Below the pieces are notes generated by a model, which saw only the letters and a program-made list of their open reading frames with translations, did no database searches and was not told the origin of the DNA. A program made the translations under genes and the position numbers. Positions 34,292 to 45,792 of a DNA stretch of 64,000 nt are shown piece after piece. Origin of the DNA: an uncultured bacterium (GTDB lineage Bacteria > Arandabacterota > Arandabacteria > Arandabacterales > Arandabacteraceae); the NCBI GenBank assembly GCA_964598025.1, contig CAZRAU010000002.1:17854-81853 (forward strand). The letters are read 5' to 3'. How positions within the stretch are numbered: the stretch's first letter is position 1; every line of letters starts with the position of its first letter.

Positions 34292-35547
34292 TGGTCTTCC
34301 CCCTTCTGTTCGCCTGGCGACCGGTCGACGTCGCGCATACCCTCGAAGAGACGTGCGTATCGCCGGACTGCTGTTTGTCTGGAATGTCTAAGATCTGCCG
34401 CCGACCGTGCATTCGTGCCGTATTGTGCCCGGAGGTCCGGTCTCGCCATGAGTCGGCGAATCGCCTGAACCATCTTGTGCGGATCCCCCGGCTCGATCAC
34501 GACACCGCACTTTGCCCGCTTGACTGTCCGGGCCACTTCACACTCGTTCTCGACTGCGGCCAGGACCGGCCTGGCGCTGGCGAGGATGCCGTATAGCTTG
34601 CTCGGCACGATGTAGCCGGCAAGACCGGATTTCAGCGAAACCACCGAGAGATCCGCCGAGGCGAGGGAGTACCTGAGTGCGTCACGGTCCTGATATGGGA
34701 CAAACCTGACATTGCTCAGTGAGAGGTCGGTCGCCCTCTCCTCGAGGGCGGCCTTGCCCACGCCGTCTCCGATGATCACGAATTCCACACCCGCATCCGA
34801 CTTCATGAGGTCGGCCGCTTCAAGGAGGGTATCGAGATCCTGGGAGAGGCCGACGTTTCCCGAATGCATGATCACGAAACGCCCGCATAGATCGTTCCTG
34901 AGCGAGAATCCATTGACCCTGTCCTCGGGTGAGATAGAAGCGGTGTCGGCCCAGTTCTCGATCACGGTGACGCGCCGGGGATCGGCGCCCTTGTCGATCA
35001 GACGCTTTCGCATGGTTCCCCCGATGGCGACGATGCCGGCGGCCTTGCCGAGCAGGAACCTATTCAGCGTGTCCAGCAGCAGAACCAGCGGACGCGCATT
35101 CATGACGCCGAGGACCTGGCCGACCTCGGGGAACACATCCTGACTGATGAAAACGAAACGGGCCCGCCTGATCCGGCTGACCAGGTAACCGACCAATCCG
35201 ATTACCGGCGGGTCCGTCATGGTGGCGACCACGTCGGCGGGGCCTGCGAGGATCAACGCGCCGATAAGCGAGGAGCATAGGAAGGAAAGGTAGTTGGTGA
35301 TCCTTCCGATGGGCGACCTGCGGGGCCAACCCGTGGTAAAGGTCCGGATCACTCTGGCGTTCCCGATTCGCTCCGAGGCGAAAAGGCGGAGCCGGGGAAG
35401 CCTGTTCCGATGGCTAACGTAGCTTGGGAAGCCGGTCACGACGGTAACCTCGTGGCTCGCGCTAAGATCGGCGGCCAGCTCGGTGAGCAGCTGGCCGGTC
35501 GAGGCGGGGTCCGGGTGGAAATACTGGTTTATGAACAGAATGCGCAT
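34267..35547 (-). CDS. GT4-family glycosyltransferase; ATG 35547 preferred (track extension to 35688 is low-complexity)
   Basis: [25 protein letters not shown]-terminus. C-terminal GT4 region with paired E residues. aagga SD. Confidence 0.8.
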   Translation of the reverse strand: MRILFINQYFHPDPASTGQLLTELAADLSASHEVTVVTGFPSYVSHRNRLPRLRLFASERIGNARVIRTFTTGWPRRSPIGRITNYLSFLCSSLIGALILAGPADVVATMTDPPVIGLVGYLVSRIRRARFVFISQDVFPEVGQVLGVMNARPLVLLLDTLNRFLLGKAAGIVAIGGTMRKRLIDKGADPRRVTVIENWADTASISPEDRVNGFSLRNDLCGRFVIMHSGNVGLSQDLDTLLEAADLMKSDAGVEFVIIGDGVGKAALEERATDLSLSNVRFVPYQDRDALRYSLASADLSVVSLKSGLAGYIVPSKLYGILASARPVLAAVENECEVARTVKRAKCGVVIEPGDPHKMVQAIRRLMARPDLRAQYGTNARSAADLRHSRQTAVRRYARLFEGMRDVDRSPGEQKGEDQWKLQTDT

Positions 35548-36482
35548 TGGCGGTTCCTTGTGTACCAGTCGACCGTTTCGACCAGGCCGACGCTGAGGGG
35601 GGTCCTGGCTTCGAACCCGAACTCCCTGAGAGCCCTGGATGTATCGAGCCTGCGCCGTGGCTGGCCGTCGGGACGGGAGGTGTTCCATCTCACGAGGCCG
35701 TCGAAACCGGTCAGAGCGGCGATCAGGTCGACGAGTCCCTTGATCCGGACCTCCCTTCCGGATCCGAGGTTGACCGGCTGGGGTGAATCATAGTGTTCCG
35801 CCGCGAGTACTATGCCCTCAGCCGCATCTTTGACATAGAGAAACTCGCGCGATGCGTTGCCGCTGCCCCAGGCCTCGATCTCGGGGTCACCGTTTTCCTT
35901 GGCCTCGACCATCTTTCTGATGATGGCCGGGATGACGTGCGAAGACTCGAGATCGAAGTTGTCCCGGGGGCCGTACAAGTTGACCGGGAGCAGGTAGATG
36001 GCATTGAAGCCGTATTGCTCGCGGTATGCCTGCGCCTGGACCAGGAGCATCTTCTTGGCCAGGCCGTAGGGCGCATTGGTTTCCTCCGGATAGCCGTCCC
36101 AGAGATGTTCTTCCTTGAAGGGTACCGGAGTGTGCTTGGGATAAGCGCAGATGGTGCCGATGGCGACGAATTTCTCGATTCCCCAGACCCGCCCCAGCTC
36201 CATCATCTGGGTACCCATGATCAGGTTATCGTAGAAGAATCCGCCCGGATTGGCCTGGTTGGCGCCGATCCCGCCCACCTTTGCGGCCAGATGTATTACG
36301 ATATCCGGGCTATGGTCTCGATATGCCGCCTGAGCATCCTCCATGTCGATGAGATCGTAATCCCGGCTGCGGGGTACGAAGATATCCCGGCAGCCCCGGG
36401 CTTCCAGCACCTCGACTACGTGTGAGCCAAGGAAGCCGGCTCCGCCCGTGACAAGGACTCGTTTGCTCGTCCAGAAAGCCAT
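35529..36482 (-). CDS. fcl: GDP-L-fucose synthase (GDP-4-keto-6-deoxymannose 3,5-epimerase/4-reductase)
   Basis: [16 protein letters not shown]...[13 protein letters not shown]...NLYGPRDNF...IPAIIRK signature of Fcl/WcaG. Strong AGGAGG SD before ATG 36482. Confidence 0.88.
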   Translation of the reverse strand: MAFWTSKRVLVTGGAGFLGSHVVEVLEARGCRDIFVPRSRDYDLIDMEDAQAAYRDHSPDIVIHLAAKVGGIGANQANPGGFFYDNLIMGTQMMELGRVWGIEKFVAIGTICAYPKHTPVPFKEEHLWDGYPEETNAPYGLAKKMLLVQAQAYREQYGFNAIYLLPVNLYGPRDNFDLESSHVIPAIIRKMVEAKENGDPEIEAWGSGNASREFLYVKDAAEGIVLAAEHYDSPQPVNLGSGREVRIKGLVDLIAALTGFDGLVRWNTSRPDGQPRRRLDTSRALREFGFEARTPLSVGLVETVDWYTRNRQCAFCS

Positions 36483-37528
36483 TGTTCCTCCTTCCACCAT
36501 CTGTTCGGAAACTTGCGTTCCAGTATGCTGTCGCCTTCGCCGGGTGCCTCGAGTCCGATGCGCCGCATCTCGGCGTCGACCATTACTCTGGCGAGATCGT
36601 CAAACCGGAGCCTCGGCGCGGATCCCAACAGCCGAGAAGCTCTTGCAGGGTCGGCAGTCAGCTCTCCAACGTCGGTGGGCCGCAGGTAGCGTTCGTCGAT
36701 ACGGATGTGGTTCTCCAAGTCAAGGCCGGCATAGTCGAAGGCGACCTCGGCGAATTCCCTGACCGAATGGGCTTCGCCGGTCCCGAGCACGAAATCTCCG
36801 GGGCTATCCAGCTGGAGCATCTTGTGCATGGCCTCAACATACTCCGGGGCGTAACCCCAATCACGCCGGGCGCCCAGATTTCCCAAGTAGAGATAACGCT
36901 GGCGGCCTGCGGCAATGGCGGCGGCCGCCCGCGCGATCTTTCTGGTTACGAATGTTTCCCCTCTGCGCGGACTTTCATGGTTGAAGAGGATTCCGTTACA
37001 GATGAAAAGGTTGTAACCCTCGCGGTAATTGGCGGCCATCCAGTAAGAATAGAGCTTGCTGCAAGCGTAAGGACTTCGGGGCATGAAAGGCGTGCTCTCG
37101 TTCTGAGGCGGCGGCGCGGCCCCGAACATCTCGCTGCTGGAGGCTTGATAGAAGCGTATGTGATTGCCGCTTCTTCTTATGGCCTCGAGTATTCTCGTTG
37201 TGCCGAGGCCGGTGATATTACCGCTGTACTCGGGAATGTCGAAGCTGACCCGGACGTGGCTCTGGGCTCCCAGATGATATACCTCATCGGGTTTTATGTT
37301 GTATATCATGTTCGACACCTGTTCGGAGTCGGACAGGTCGCCGTAATGCAGAAAGAGCCGGGTATCGTCGGCGTGGGGATCCGCATAGATATGGTTGATT
37401 CTGCCCGTATTAAAGGTGCTCGCCCTGCGGATTATGCCGTGCACTTCATACCCCTTCGCAATCAGGAGCTCCGCAAGATACGATCCGTCTTGTCCCGTGA
37501 TTCCGGTAATCAATGCCTTTTTCGCCAT
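36416..37528 (-). CDS. gmd: GDP-mannose 4,6-dehydratase
   Basis: [48 protein letters not shown]..., near-invariant Gmd N-terminus. C-terminal tail is ~45 aa longer than usual and overlaps the fcl start by 67 nt. Confidence 0.9.
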   Translation of the reverse strand: MAKKALITGITGQDGSYLAELLIAKGYEVHGIIRRASTFNTGRINHIYADPHADDTRLFLHYGDLSDSEQVSNMIYNIKPDEVYHLGAQSHVRVSFDIPEYSGNITGLGTTRILEAIRRSGNHIRFYQASSSEMFGAAPPPQNESTPFMPRSPYACSKLYSYWMAANYREGYNLFICNGILFNHESPRRGETFVTRKIARAAAAIAAGRQRYLYLGNLGARRDWGYAPEYVEAMHKMLQLDSPGDFVLGTGEAHSVREFAEVAFDYAGLDLENHIRIDERYLRPTDVGELTADPARASRLLGSAPRLRFDDLARVMVDAEMRRIGLEAPGEGDSILERKFPNRWWKEEQWLSGRANESLSRAEPASLAHT

Positions 37529-37529
37529 A

Positions 37530-39287
37530 TCAATCACCCCTGTGGAGGGCCTGGGAACCCATAACAAGCACATCCATCCTGGTCCGCAGGAAACAGTCGA
37601 TCGCCTCAGCCGGTGTGCAAACGATGGGCTCATTCTCGTTGAAGGATGTATTGAGCACAACGGGCACGCCGGTGATCTTCTGAAATTCCCTGATCAGCTG
37701 CCAGTATGGGCGGTTGGCGTCCTTGCTCACGCTTTGCGGGCGGGCCGTCCCGTCGACGTGCGTTACCGCCGGGATATCGGCGCGCTTGGCGTCTGCGACA
37801 TCGAGGGACATCAGCATGAAGGGGGTGGGACATGCACCCTCGAAATACTCGTGTTGAGCCTCTTCGAGAACGGATGGGGCGAACGGTCTGAAGGGCTCGC
37901 GACGCTTTATTCGGTTATTGAGGACCTCCTTCATCTCCGGCTTGCGGGGGTCGACGACGATACTCCTGTTGCCGAGCGCGCGGGGCCCGAACTCGGACCG
38001 GCCCTGGAACCATCCGACGACTTTGCCCCGGGCCACCTGGCCGGCCGTCCACCTGCAAGTGCCGTCGAGGTCGTCGAACTTCCTGGCCCGACACCCGTTC
38101 CGTCGAATCTCGGGCTCCTTCCCGGCTAGCGCCGCGGCTATGTCGCCGTCATCGAACCCCGGCCCCCAGTAGACGTGGTCCATCGTGAAGGTGCGTGGTT
38201 TGTCCAGAATTTGGTTCCATACCCAGTACGCGGCCCCGAGCGAGGTTCCGCCGTCATGGCTGGCCGGCTGGATGTAGACTTCCTCGAAAGGGGTTTGCGA
38301 CAGGATCTTGCCGTTGACCACGCAGTTGAGGGCCACACCGCCGGCCAGACACAGCTTGTCGACGCCGTAGGCCTCGTGAAGCTTGCCAAGCAGGTTGAAC
38401 ATGGCGATCTCCAGCATCGCCTGGAGGGAGGCGGCGATGTCCTGGTGTCTCCGCTCGATCTCGGCCCCGGGCTCGCGCGGCGGCCCCAGCATCTCGGTCA
38501 TCTTCCCGGAATACGCGTTTGCCATTACCGGCGGTCCGTCATCCCACGTCATCGCAACACCGTCGCGGTGGTGGACGAAGTAGGGCAGATTGAGATTGTA
38601 GCCGAGCCCGTTGCCGTTCACCTTGACCAGCTCCCGGAATTCCGCCAGGTAAGCGGGTTCGCCGTAAGATGCAAGGCCCATGACCTTGTACTCGTCGCCG
38701 TACTTGGGAAATCCGAGAAACTGGGTCACCGCGGTGTATGCAAGGCCGAGCGAGTGCGGGAACTCGACCCAACCGCCCACGTCGATCTTGTTATCATGAC
38801 CGAGCCCCCACATGCAACTGACGAAGTCACCGAACCCATCAACCGAGAGCACGGCTGCCTCATCGAAGTCGGAAACGAAGTAGGCGCTTCCAAGGTGGGC
38901 CCGGTGGTGCTCCACGTTGTGGAGCCGGGCCTTGATGTTGCGGGCGTCGGTGCCCAATGCTTCGGCTACCTGTTCTCTGGTGTCGCCGATGCGCATCGCA
39001 TTGGACAGCCTATCGCCGAGCATGCCGATGCTCGGCATTCTCGAGAACGTATAGAGTATCTTTCTGTGAATGTGGGCGCTGGGGTTCCGGGATATGGCGA
39101 TATGATCGATATCCTCGGCCCTGAGGCCGGCGGCGGCCACGCAGTATCGGACTGCGTCGTAGGGAAACCCGGCGATATGCTTGATCCGCTTGAACCTTTC
39201 CTCCTCGACTGCCGCGACAAGCCGGCCGTCCGAGACGAGCGCGGCCGAGGCGTCTCCGTGATAGGCATTGATGCCCAGTATGTTCAT
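37530..39287 (-). CDS. carbamoyltransferase (NodU/CmcH family)
   Basis: [38 protein letters not shown]-terminal signature; length ~585 aa; ATGA overlap with downstream GT. Confidence 0.85.
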   Translation of the reverse strand: MNILGINAYHGDASAALVSDGRLVAAVEEERFKRIKHIAGFPYDAVRYCVAAAGLRAEDIDHIAISRNPSAHIHRKILYTFSRMPSIGMLGDRLSNAMRIGDTREQVAEALGTDARNIKARLHNVEHHRAHLGSAYFVSDFDEAAVLSVDGFGDFVSCMWGLGHDNKIDVGGWVEFPHSLGLAYTAVTQFLGFPKYGDEYKVMGLASYGEPAYLAEFRELVKVNGNGLGYNLNLPYFVHHRDGVAMTWDDGPPVMANAYSGKMTEMLGPPREPGAEIERRHQDIAASLQAMLEIAMFNLLGKLHEAYGVDKLCLAGGVALNCVVNGKILSQTPFEEVYIQPASHDGGTSLGAAYWVWNQILDKPRTFTMDHVYWGPGFDDGDIAAALAGKEPEIRRNGCRARKFDDLDGTCRWTAGQVARGKVVGWFQGRSEFGPRALGNRSIVVDPRKPEMKEVLNNRIKRREPFRPFAPSVLEEAQHEYFEGACPTPFMLMSLDVADAKRADIPAVTHVDGTARPQSVSKDANRPYWQLIREFQKITGVPVVLNTSFNENEPIVCTPAEAIDCFLRTRMDVLVMGSQALHRGD

Positions 39288-40642
39288 CTCGTCCTCCCTT
39301 GACAGTTGCCGATGTAGCAATTCACACCTGAGGCGGCCGGAGCACCGGTAACGTCCGCCGTCACCGGCCCCAAGACCGCGGACTTGTAGAGGTCTTCCAT
39401 CCGGCGAATAGGGCCGTCCCATGAAAGTTCCGAAGCTGCAGCCGGGGCATTTCCCCTGAATGTCGATATCAGACCATCGTCGGTGATGGTCCGGACCAAA
39501 GCCTCGCGCAAAGCGGTTTCATTAAATGGGATGACCAGGCCTACTCTTCCAACGGTATATATGTTCCGGCCGCTGTTTGCCTCCGGGTGATCGCCGGGCC
39601 CCGACACCACAGGCGGACATCCCGTCTGATGGAGGCGACGGGGCGGCGCCGGGTCGGTGGTGCCTAAGACGAAGGGGGCGATCCCGCATCGATCGGTGAC
39701 TATGACCGGCGTTCCGCAGGCTACCGCCTCGGCTACGACGTTTCCAAAGTTCTCATTTGCCGAGGGCAGCACCAGCACATCGGAGTCGTGTAGCGCCTCG
39801 ACCTTCTCCTGCCCATAGAGAGGCCCGGTGAAAGCGACCCGTGCGGTGAGCGCCGAAGTGTCGACCAGGTTCTCGAGCCTGTGCACATGGCCGTCGCAAT
39901 CATCGGGACCTACCACGGCGAGATGGGTTCGTGCCAGGCGCGCATCGCAGAGCGACCGTATGAGTAGACCGATCCCCTTCTTTTTCGAAATCCTGCCCAG
40001 GTAAAGCACAAGGCGGTCGGTATCTCCCAATCCCAACCGCCGGCGGAACGCCCCCGGTCGCGGGGAAACCCGTAACTCGTCAAGGTCAACCCCATTACGC
40101 CGTATGATGACTCGGCCCGGATCGATTCCACGCTCGATGATCTCCCGGCGCTCGGCTGTGGATGTGGCTATGACTCCGGCGGCCAGTTGGGCCATGCCGT
40201 CGCCATAGACCCAGTCATACAGGCGTTTTTGCAGCAGACTTCTGATCATGGGTTTGAACATGCCCATCGGTTCGATGAAATAGGGAACGTGGCGTCGGCG
40301 GGCGTACCAGGATACGAAGGTCGAGATGAAATCCCGGTAGCCGTATACGTGTATTACATCAAACTGAGTGAGTTCTCTGCGGCAAAACCCGAAAACATCG
40401 GGGGTGATCGGGTCCCAGTGGTAATTCAACACACTGTTCAGGTAGACGATTCGGGCGCCATCCATCTCGCAGACCGAGGTTCCGTCGGACATCTTCCGCC
40501 TGGGGTTGAGCAAGTTGGAGGTGTAGACCGTCACCTTGTGACCCCGCCCGATGAGACCCCGGCTGAGAGCGAGCATCTTGCCTATGGGTCCGCCGTACTC
40601 CGCGGCGGGGTGGTAGCAACGAGAGACCTTGAGAATCCTCAT
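39284..40642 (-). CDS. GT4-family glycosyltransferase
   Basis: MRILKVSRCYHPAAEYGGPIGKMLALSRGL N-terminus, C-terminal GT4 fold motifs. Confidence 0.8.
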   Translation of the reverse strand: MRILKVSRCYHPAAEYGGPIGKMLALSRGLIGRGHKVTVYTSNLLNPRRKMSDGTSVCEMDGARIVYLNSVLNYHWDPITPDVFGFCRRELTQFDVIHVYGYRDFISTFVSWYARRRHVPYFIEPMGMFKPMIRSLLQKRLYDWVYGDGMAQLAAGVIATSTAERREIIERGIDPGRVIIRRNGVDLDELRVSPRPGAFRRRLGLGDTDRLVLYLGRISKKKGIGLLIRSLCDARLARTHLAVVGPDDCDGHVHRLENLVDTSALTARVAFTGPLYGQEKVEALHDSDVLVLPSANENFGNVVAEAVACGTPVIVTDRCGIAPFVLGTTDPAPPRRLHQTGCPPVVSGPGDHPEANSGRNIYTVGRVGLVIPFNETALREALVRTITDDGLISTFRGNAPAAASELSWDGPIRRMEDLYKSAVLGPVTADVTGAPAASGVNCYIGNCQGRTR

Positions 40643-41859
40643 TGTTGTCGCACTCGCACGGTGTCTCGTGCCCGCTTTTCGGCGAGCATCGTATCGATTG
40701 TGGCCTTAAGCAAGGCGCCGTTCCTACCCCATGTGCAGGATCGGGCGGTTTGGCGTGCCCGCAGTCCAAGCGCCTTGCACAACGCCGGGTCACGCAGCAA
40801 CTGCACGATCTTGGCCGCCAGGCCCGGGGCGTCGTCGGGATCGTCCAGGATCAACCCGTCATCGCCGTCGGTGATGAGCTCTGAGACGCCGGCCCGGGAG
40901 CTCACGACTACTGGAAGGCCGCAGGCCATGGCCTCGAGCGGGGGAAGCGCGAATGCATCTTCCAGCGATGGCCCGACGTAGGCGTCAGCCAGGGCATAGA
41001 AACGCAGGACGTCGTCATGGGGCGGCAAGAACAGTACGCGCCCGGGGCCGGCGGCGGATACCTGTTTGTGAAATGCGGCCTCAGTGTCGGTGCCGACCAC
41101 CACGATCTTGAGGCGTGGGTCGCCGGCGGCCGTGACCGCTCCTATAAGCGTCCTGAGGCCCTTGGTGATCCAGTCGTTCCCGATCAGAAGCAAGACGAAG
41201 TCGGTGGGCATTATTCCCGTATTGCGACGCTCCACGGCTCGCAGTGCTTCTCTGGACACGGGGTTGAAGTAAGACGCGTCGACCCCGTTATGGATCACGG
41301 TATCATTCGGGTTCGAGCGTCCGATGTGCGTTCTGACCTCGCGGGAGATTCTCCGGGAAACGTAGATCATGGAGATGTTGCGGCTCCGGTAGACCAACCT
41401 CTCCAGACACATAATCAACTTGTAGTAGATCCGTCGGTGGAGCAGCCGGAGGCCGTCCCTGGGGGAGAGGCATCCGGACGCGCCCGGCTCCCGCCGCCGG
41501 CGATAGAGGCTGTGGAACAATATGTGTATGGCGATAAGGTTGGCGTCCAGGCAGTTGACGCAGGGCGAGTACCTCACCGGGTACCTTGCCCCGCGGACGG
41601 CCGCGTCATAGCCCCGCACAATGTGATTAGCCACGAAGAACCAGATATATTTGATGATATGCGGCCCCGGTATGCCCGGTATCCGTCGAACACTGATATT
41701 GCCGCTTGAGAGATCCAGACCGGTGGCCCGCTGCGTGTAAACACAGACGGGATAGTGATGCGCAATACGCTCTACCTGTTCGGCCAGGCACCTTTCACTT
41801 CCATGGCACCTGTCCAGGAAGGGCGTGATCACCGCTATGGTAGGTGTATCAGATTTCAC
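40639..41859 (-). CDS. GT4-family glycosyltransferase
   Basis: C-terminal ...PSLEDAFALPPLEAMACGLPVVVSSRAGVSELITDG... GT4 signature. Confidence 0.8.
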   Translation of the reverse strand: MKSDTPTIAVITPFLDRCHGSERCLAEQVERIAHHYPVCVYTQRATGLDLSSGNISVRRIPGIPGPHIIKYIWFFVANHIVRGYDAAVRGARYPVRYSPCVNCLDANLIAIHILFHSLYRRRREPGASGCLSPRDGLRLLHRRIYYKLIMCLERLVYRSRNISMIYVSRRISREVRTHIGRSNPNDTVIHNGVDASYFNPVSREALRAVERRNTGIMPTDFVLLLIGNDWITKGLRTLIGAVTAAGDPRLKIVVVGTDTEAAFHKQVSAAGPGRVLFLPPHDDVLRFYALADAYVGPSLEDAFALPPLEAMACGLPVVVSSRAGVSELITDGDDGLILDDPDDAPGLAAKIVQLLRDPALCKALGLRARQTARSCTWGRNGALLKATIDTMLAEKRARDTVRVRQQ

Positions 41860-43387
41860 GGCGTTGCGTCTCCGCAGCGAGCTTGGGCAGTCTCATCAGG
41901 ATTCCCACGAGGAACCAGAGAAATGCGGCGGTGATATAGTTCTGATAGACCTGAAACCCGAGGAACGTCCACAGGACCAGAATCGAGAATGCATAATAGG
42001 ATATCATCACGGCCAGCCAGTAGAATCTTGTGCCGGCCAGTGACATGGTGATGCCGACCGATCGGCGGGTGAGGCTCAGCACCCACCACAGCCAGAGGGC
42101 CAAGCCTATGATTCCCCATTCCCAGATGATCGCGCCGTATCCCATCTCGACGCCGCCCATCCAGGGGGCATCGGGCATGTAGAGGTTGTCGGTGCCGTAC
42201 AGGTATTGACGTCCGAGTGAATTCGTGCCGGTACCGTGGCCGATGATCGGCGACTTGGACAGGGCGTACCTGAACTGCCATACCATGGAGTTGATCCTCT
42301 GGGGCACTTCGAAGCCGGCCTCCGCCGGACTCAGGGTTTTGGTGTAGAAGTCATATGTCGCATGAACGCGCTGGGGAAGCAGGAGCCAAAGGCCCAGGAA
42401 TCCCGCAAGCAGCACTACGCCGAGTTTGAGCAGCGGCATGCCACCCGCGATACCGCGGCGTGCCCGGGACTCATAGCGGCGAAATATCAGAACGACGGGG
42501 ATGCCGAGGAGCACGAGATATATGGCGGCCCGTTGCCCGCTTACATAGATGGCCGCGCACAGAAGTGTCAAGGAGAGCCACAACCACGGTGAAGACCGAC
42601 GCCGGCCGCCCCTGTTCCGGGGCCGGCGGGAGTCTGCCGCGAGCGTGCCCAGACACACCAGGATAATCACGTAGAGATACTGGGCCAACCTGCCGGCATC
42701 GACGAAAACGGAATTCGGCCGGGGGACCGCCCCCCCCTCGTCGCCGACCGAACGGACAAGAAAGAGGCGCAGGTACGGCACAAACTCATCGGGATTCAAG
42801 AACCCCAGTCCCACGACCACCTGGATGATCCCAAGCGTTGCGATGATCGTCCCTATCGCGATATTGAGTTTCAGAAAGCGCGACAGGCTGTTGGGACTCT
42901 CGGCAAATCGGTAACCTAGGTAGATCATGGGAACGTAGAAGAAGCTCATGCGGAAACCGACCAGTGGCTCGAGGGGATGACCGATTCCGGGATTGAGCAC
43001 TTCTACCAGCGCCCAGATGAACCAGGCAAGGATCGGTACAAACAGCGGATTCTTGAAATCGTCACCTGGTCTCCACTTGAGCATAACCGGTATGAAGAAG
43101 GCGACGTATGCGAGTGCCACCAACGTGTCCTTTGCGAGGTACAGCATCATATCGTTGCCGATGTACTTGCGCAGCAAGTCCTCCGCCGCAATCCAGATGA
43201 AGAATGCGAATATTCCGACCTGCCACTTCTTCAGTATGACAAGCACCAGACCGAGCACACCCGCGAACGAGGAGGCTATCGTGACAAGCCTGAGGTTGCC
43301 CGATGCGATCCACATGCTGATGAAGTAGCCGACAAGCGCGATGGCGACTATCGCGGCTATGATAGCGAGTCTACTGAGTGGATTCAT
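41849..43387 (-). CDS. polytopic membrane protein of the O-antigen ligase / polymerase (WaaL/Wzy-like) type; ATG 43387 preferred
   Basis: Starts MNPLSRLAIIAAIVAIALVGYF; at least 10 hydrophobic segments and a large loop. ATGA overlap with the upstream GT stop. Track N-terminal extension (to 43978) is Arg/Gly/Pro-rich and overlaps the upstream GT gene. Confidence 0.7.
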   Translation of the reverse strand: MNPLSRLAIIAAIVAIALVGYFISMWIASGNLRLVTIASSFAGVLGLVLVILKKWQVGIFAFFIWIAAEDLLRKYIGNDMMLYLAKDTLVALAYVAFFIPVMLKWRPGDDFKNPLFVPILAWFIWALVEVLNPGIGHPLEPLVGFRMSFFYVPMIYLGYRFAESPNSLSRFLKLNIAIGTIIATLGIIQVVVGLGFLNPDEFVPYLRLFLVRSVGDEGGAVPRPNSVFVDAGRLAQYLYVIILVCLGTLAADSRRPRNRGGRRRSSPWLWLSLTLLCAAIYVSGQRAAIYLVLLGIPVVLIFRRYESRARRGIAGGMPLLKLGVVLLAGFLGLWLLLPQRVHATYDFYTKTLSPAEAGFEVPQRINSMVWQFRYALSKSPIIGHGTGTNSLGRQYLYGTDNLYMPDAPWMGGVEMGYGAIIWEWGIIGLALWLWWVLSLTRRSVGITMSLAGTRFYWLAVMISYYAFSILVLWTFLGFQVYQNYITAAFLWFLVGILMRLPKLAAETQRREI

Positions 43388-44601
43388 GTTGCCATCAGCT
43401 GGGGAATGAGTCCCGGGCGGTCCTGCGACGTCGCCGACAGGTTTGCGATGCGATCGGCATACTGCGAGGTGATCCTGTCGGCGGCGAAGTGCTCCGCACG
43501 GGCAAGCCCGCACCGGCTGAACCAAGCCCGCAGATCGGGTCTTATCAGCAGGCGCGTGATGGCGGAGGCCAGGCGCTCGTGGTCGCCGACCGGGACCAGC
43601 AGGCCGTCGGCCCCGCGCCTCAGAATCTCCTCCGGCCCCGATGGGCAGCATGTCGAAACCACCGGTACGCCGAGGGCCATCGCCTCGACAAGCACCAACC
43701 CGAAGCCCTCGAACTTCGACGGCAGTACGAAAACGCTGGCTCTTGCCATGTACTTGTAGGGATTCGGCCGGTATCCGACGAAGGCCGTGTCCTCTGCGAC
43801 GCCGAGCTCCCATGCCAGGCCCCGGAGACGGTTCTTCTCCGGGCCGTCTCCTATGAGGACCAGTCGTGCCGGGTAGGTCCGCCTGAGTATCGCGAAGGCT
43901 CTTAATAGTGTCGGGAAATCCTTCTGTGATGTCATGCGTCCCGCCGATGCGATGACGGGCCGCACCGACGCGAACCATGGGTGCCCGGCGGGCTCGGCTC
44001 CGAGGTCGCGGACCCTGCGAAGATCAACGGGATCGTAGACGACTGCGATCTTCTCAGGCGGCAGGCCGAAGTTGCCCACGAGGTCGTCTCTGACGCCCTG
44101 GGAAACTGCAATGATCTGATCGGCTGATGGATAAAGCCACCGGATCATCTTACGCTTCACGATTCCGAGGGGTTCCTCGGCGCTCGCGTACATCTGCGTC
44201 GGGTTTATGTGTTCGGTGACCACAATCCGGGTGCCTGTCTTCGCCAGGCGATGCGCCAGGAGCACTACGAGATTGGCGAGTCCGGTAAAGGCAACGGCGA
44301 TATCCGGCCGCTCCCTGCGCAGCACGTCCGCCATCTTGAAGATAAGTCCCGGGAAACTGAACCTGGACTCGCGCTTCAGATCGTGAACGCGCAGCCAGTC
44401 GGGGACTTCTCCCTGATAGGAACCGGTCGTGCTCAGGGCCGCCAGAACCGGCTTGTATGCGCGGCGGTCCATCGTCGCTATGAGCGTCAGCAGAACACGT
44501 TCAGCACCCCCGAAGGCAAGCGTGGGGGTGACGAACAGCACTTTCGATACCTCTTCTCGCGCCTCGGTATGCACTAGCGGCATGTCAAGCCCTCCATGCA
44601 A
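43384..44601 (-). CDS. GT4-family glycosyltransferase (tandem paralog 1 of 3)
   Basis: VLFVTPTLAFGGAERV N-terminus; C-terminal VFVLPSKFEGFGLVLVEAMALGVPVVST. Confidence 0.85.
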   Translation of the reverse strand: MHGGLDMPLVHTEAREEVSKVLFVTPTLAFGGAERVLLTLIATMDRRAYKPVLAALSTTGSYQGEVPDWLRVHDLKRESRFSFPGLIFKMADVLRRERPDIAVAFTGLANLVVLLAHRLAKTGTRIVVTEHINPTQMYASAEEPLGIVKRKMIRWLYPSADQIIAVSQGVRDDLVGNFGLPPEKIAVVYDPVDLRRVRDLGAEPAGHPWFASVRPVIASAGRMTSQKDFPTLLRAFAILRRTYPARLVLIGDGPEKNRLRGLAWELGVAEDTAFVGYRPNPYKYMARASVFVLPSKFEGFGLVLVEAMALGVPVVSTCCPSGPEEILRRGADGLLVPVGDHERLASAITRLLIRPDLRAWFSRCGLARAEHFAADRITSQYADRIANLSATSQDRPGLIPQLMAT

Positions 44602-45755
44602 TGTTCATAGGCCCTGACCATTGTCCGAAGGCGGAAAGTGTCGGCCTTGGCCCGCCCTCTCTCGGCTAACACCGCCCGCAACGCAGGGTCGTCCAGAAGT
44701 CTGATCACACCTGCCGACAATGCACTGCAATCCCCGACCGGCACGAGAACCCCGCATCTGCCCCCTTCCAGCAGCTCTTCGGGGCCGGAAGGACATCTGG
44801 TGCTGACAATCGGGACCCCCAGTGCCATCGCCTCGAGCAGTACGGTGGGCAGGGCCTCACCGACGGATGACAAGACGAAAACCGTCGATCGGGCAAGATA
44901 CTTGTAGGGGTTGGGCTGCCTGCCCATCAATGCAACGTGCTCGTCAAGGCCCAGGCCGGTTATGATCTTTTCCAGCTCGGATCTCAGCTTGCCTTCCCCC
45001 AGGATCACCAGCTTGGCCTGTGAGTGACGGCATACGTCTCCGAAGGCCTTGATCAGCAAATCGAAGTTCTTCTGCTCGGTCAGACGCCCGATGCCGATGA
45101 TGATGGGCTGACGGCCCTCGAACCACGGATGATCCACCTTCTCCCCGGCCATCCGGCGAATGCCGGCCAGGTCGATTCCATTATAGATCGTCCGTATCCG
45201 CTCCGCTCTTGCCCCGTGGTTTGCCGCCAGGTCCCTCGCGACGTCCCGCGCTACCGGGACAATCATGTCGGCGTTCCTGTAGCAATAGCGGTGCAGCCAC
45301 GCGCTCAGAAGGGACATCGCCGGGCGCTTGTGCCTGAGACTTCGAAGCGAGCCGGATACGTGGATATGCTCGTTGATGACGATCGCGAAGCGTCTTCCCG
45401 AAAGCAGTCGAGCCAGGTGCAGCACGGCACCCCAGGTGTGAAGCAAGCTGATTACGACATCCGGTCTTTCCCTTCGGATTGTCTTCACCAGTCCGATGGT
45501 GAGCCTCGGCCACTCGATAAAGAACCGCCTCTTCTGCCGCAGATCGTAGGTTGGGACATCACGGGGTATCTCTCGCAGAAAGTGTGAATCTATGTGCTCG
45601 AAGAAAACCAGAGCGGCCCTGAAGCGGGAACGGTCGAGATGCTGGAGCAGGCTGAGCCAGATCCTCTCCCCGCCGCCATCCGAGAAGCGGGGTGTCACGA
45701 AGAGGACCCTGACGGCTTTAGCGGGCATTATTCGCACGCCCTCTGCTTCGCCCAT
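44574..45755 (-). CDS. GT4-family glycosyltransferase (tandem paralog 2 of 3)
   Basis: VLFVTPRFSDGGGERI; STVFVLSSVGEALPTVLLEAMALGVPIVSTRCPSGPEELL. Confidence 0.85.
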   Translation of the reverse strand: MGEAEGVRIMPAKAVRVLFVTPRFSDGGGERIWLSLLQHLDRSRFRAALVFFEHIDSHFLREIPRDVPTYDLRQKRRFFIEWPRLTIGLVKTIRRERPDVVISLLHTWGAVLHLARLLSGRRFAIVINEHIHVSGSLRSLRHKRPAMSLLSAWLHRYCYRNADMIVPVARDVARDLAANHGARAERIRTIYNGIDLAGIRRMAGEKVDHPWFEGRQPIIIGIGRLTEQKNFDLLIKAFGDVCRHSQAKLVILGEGKLRSELEKIITGLGLDEHVALMGRQPNPYKYLARSTVFVLSSVGEALPTVLLEAMALGVPIVSTRCPSGPEELLEGGRCGVLVPVGDCSALSAGVIRLLDDPALRAVLAERGRAKADTFRLRTMVRAYEHCMEGLTCR

Positions 45756-45792
45756 CGGCGTGCTCTCTTCCTTGTCGGGTGAAGTCTGTGGA

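Noticed and set aside
43388-43978. 197-aa N-terminal extension of the membrane-protein ORF (track 41849-43978)
   Set aside because: The extension is Arg/Gly/Pro-rich with no hydrophobic segments and overlaps the GT4 gene at 43384-44601 in another frame. ATG 43387 gives a clean ATGA overlap and a hydrophobic N-terminus.
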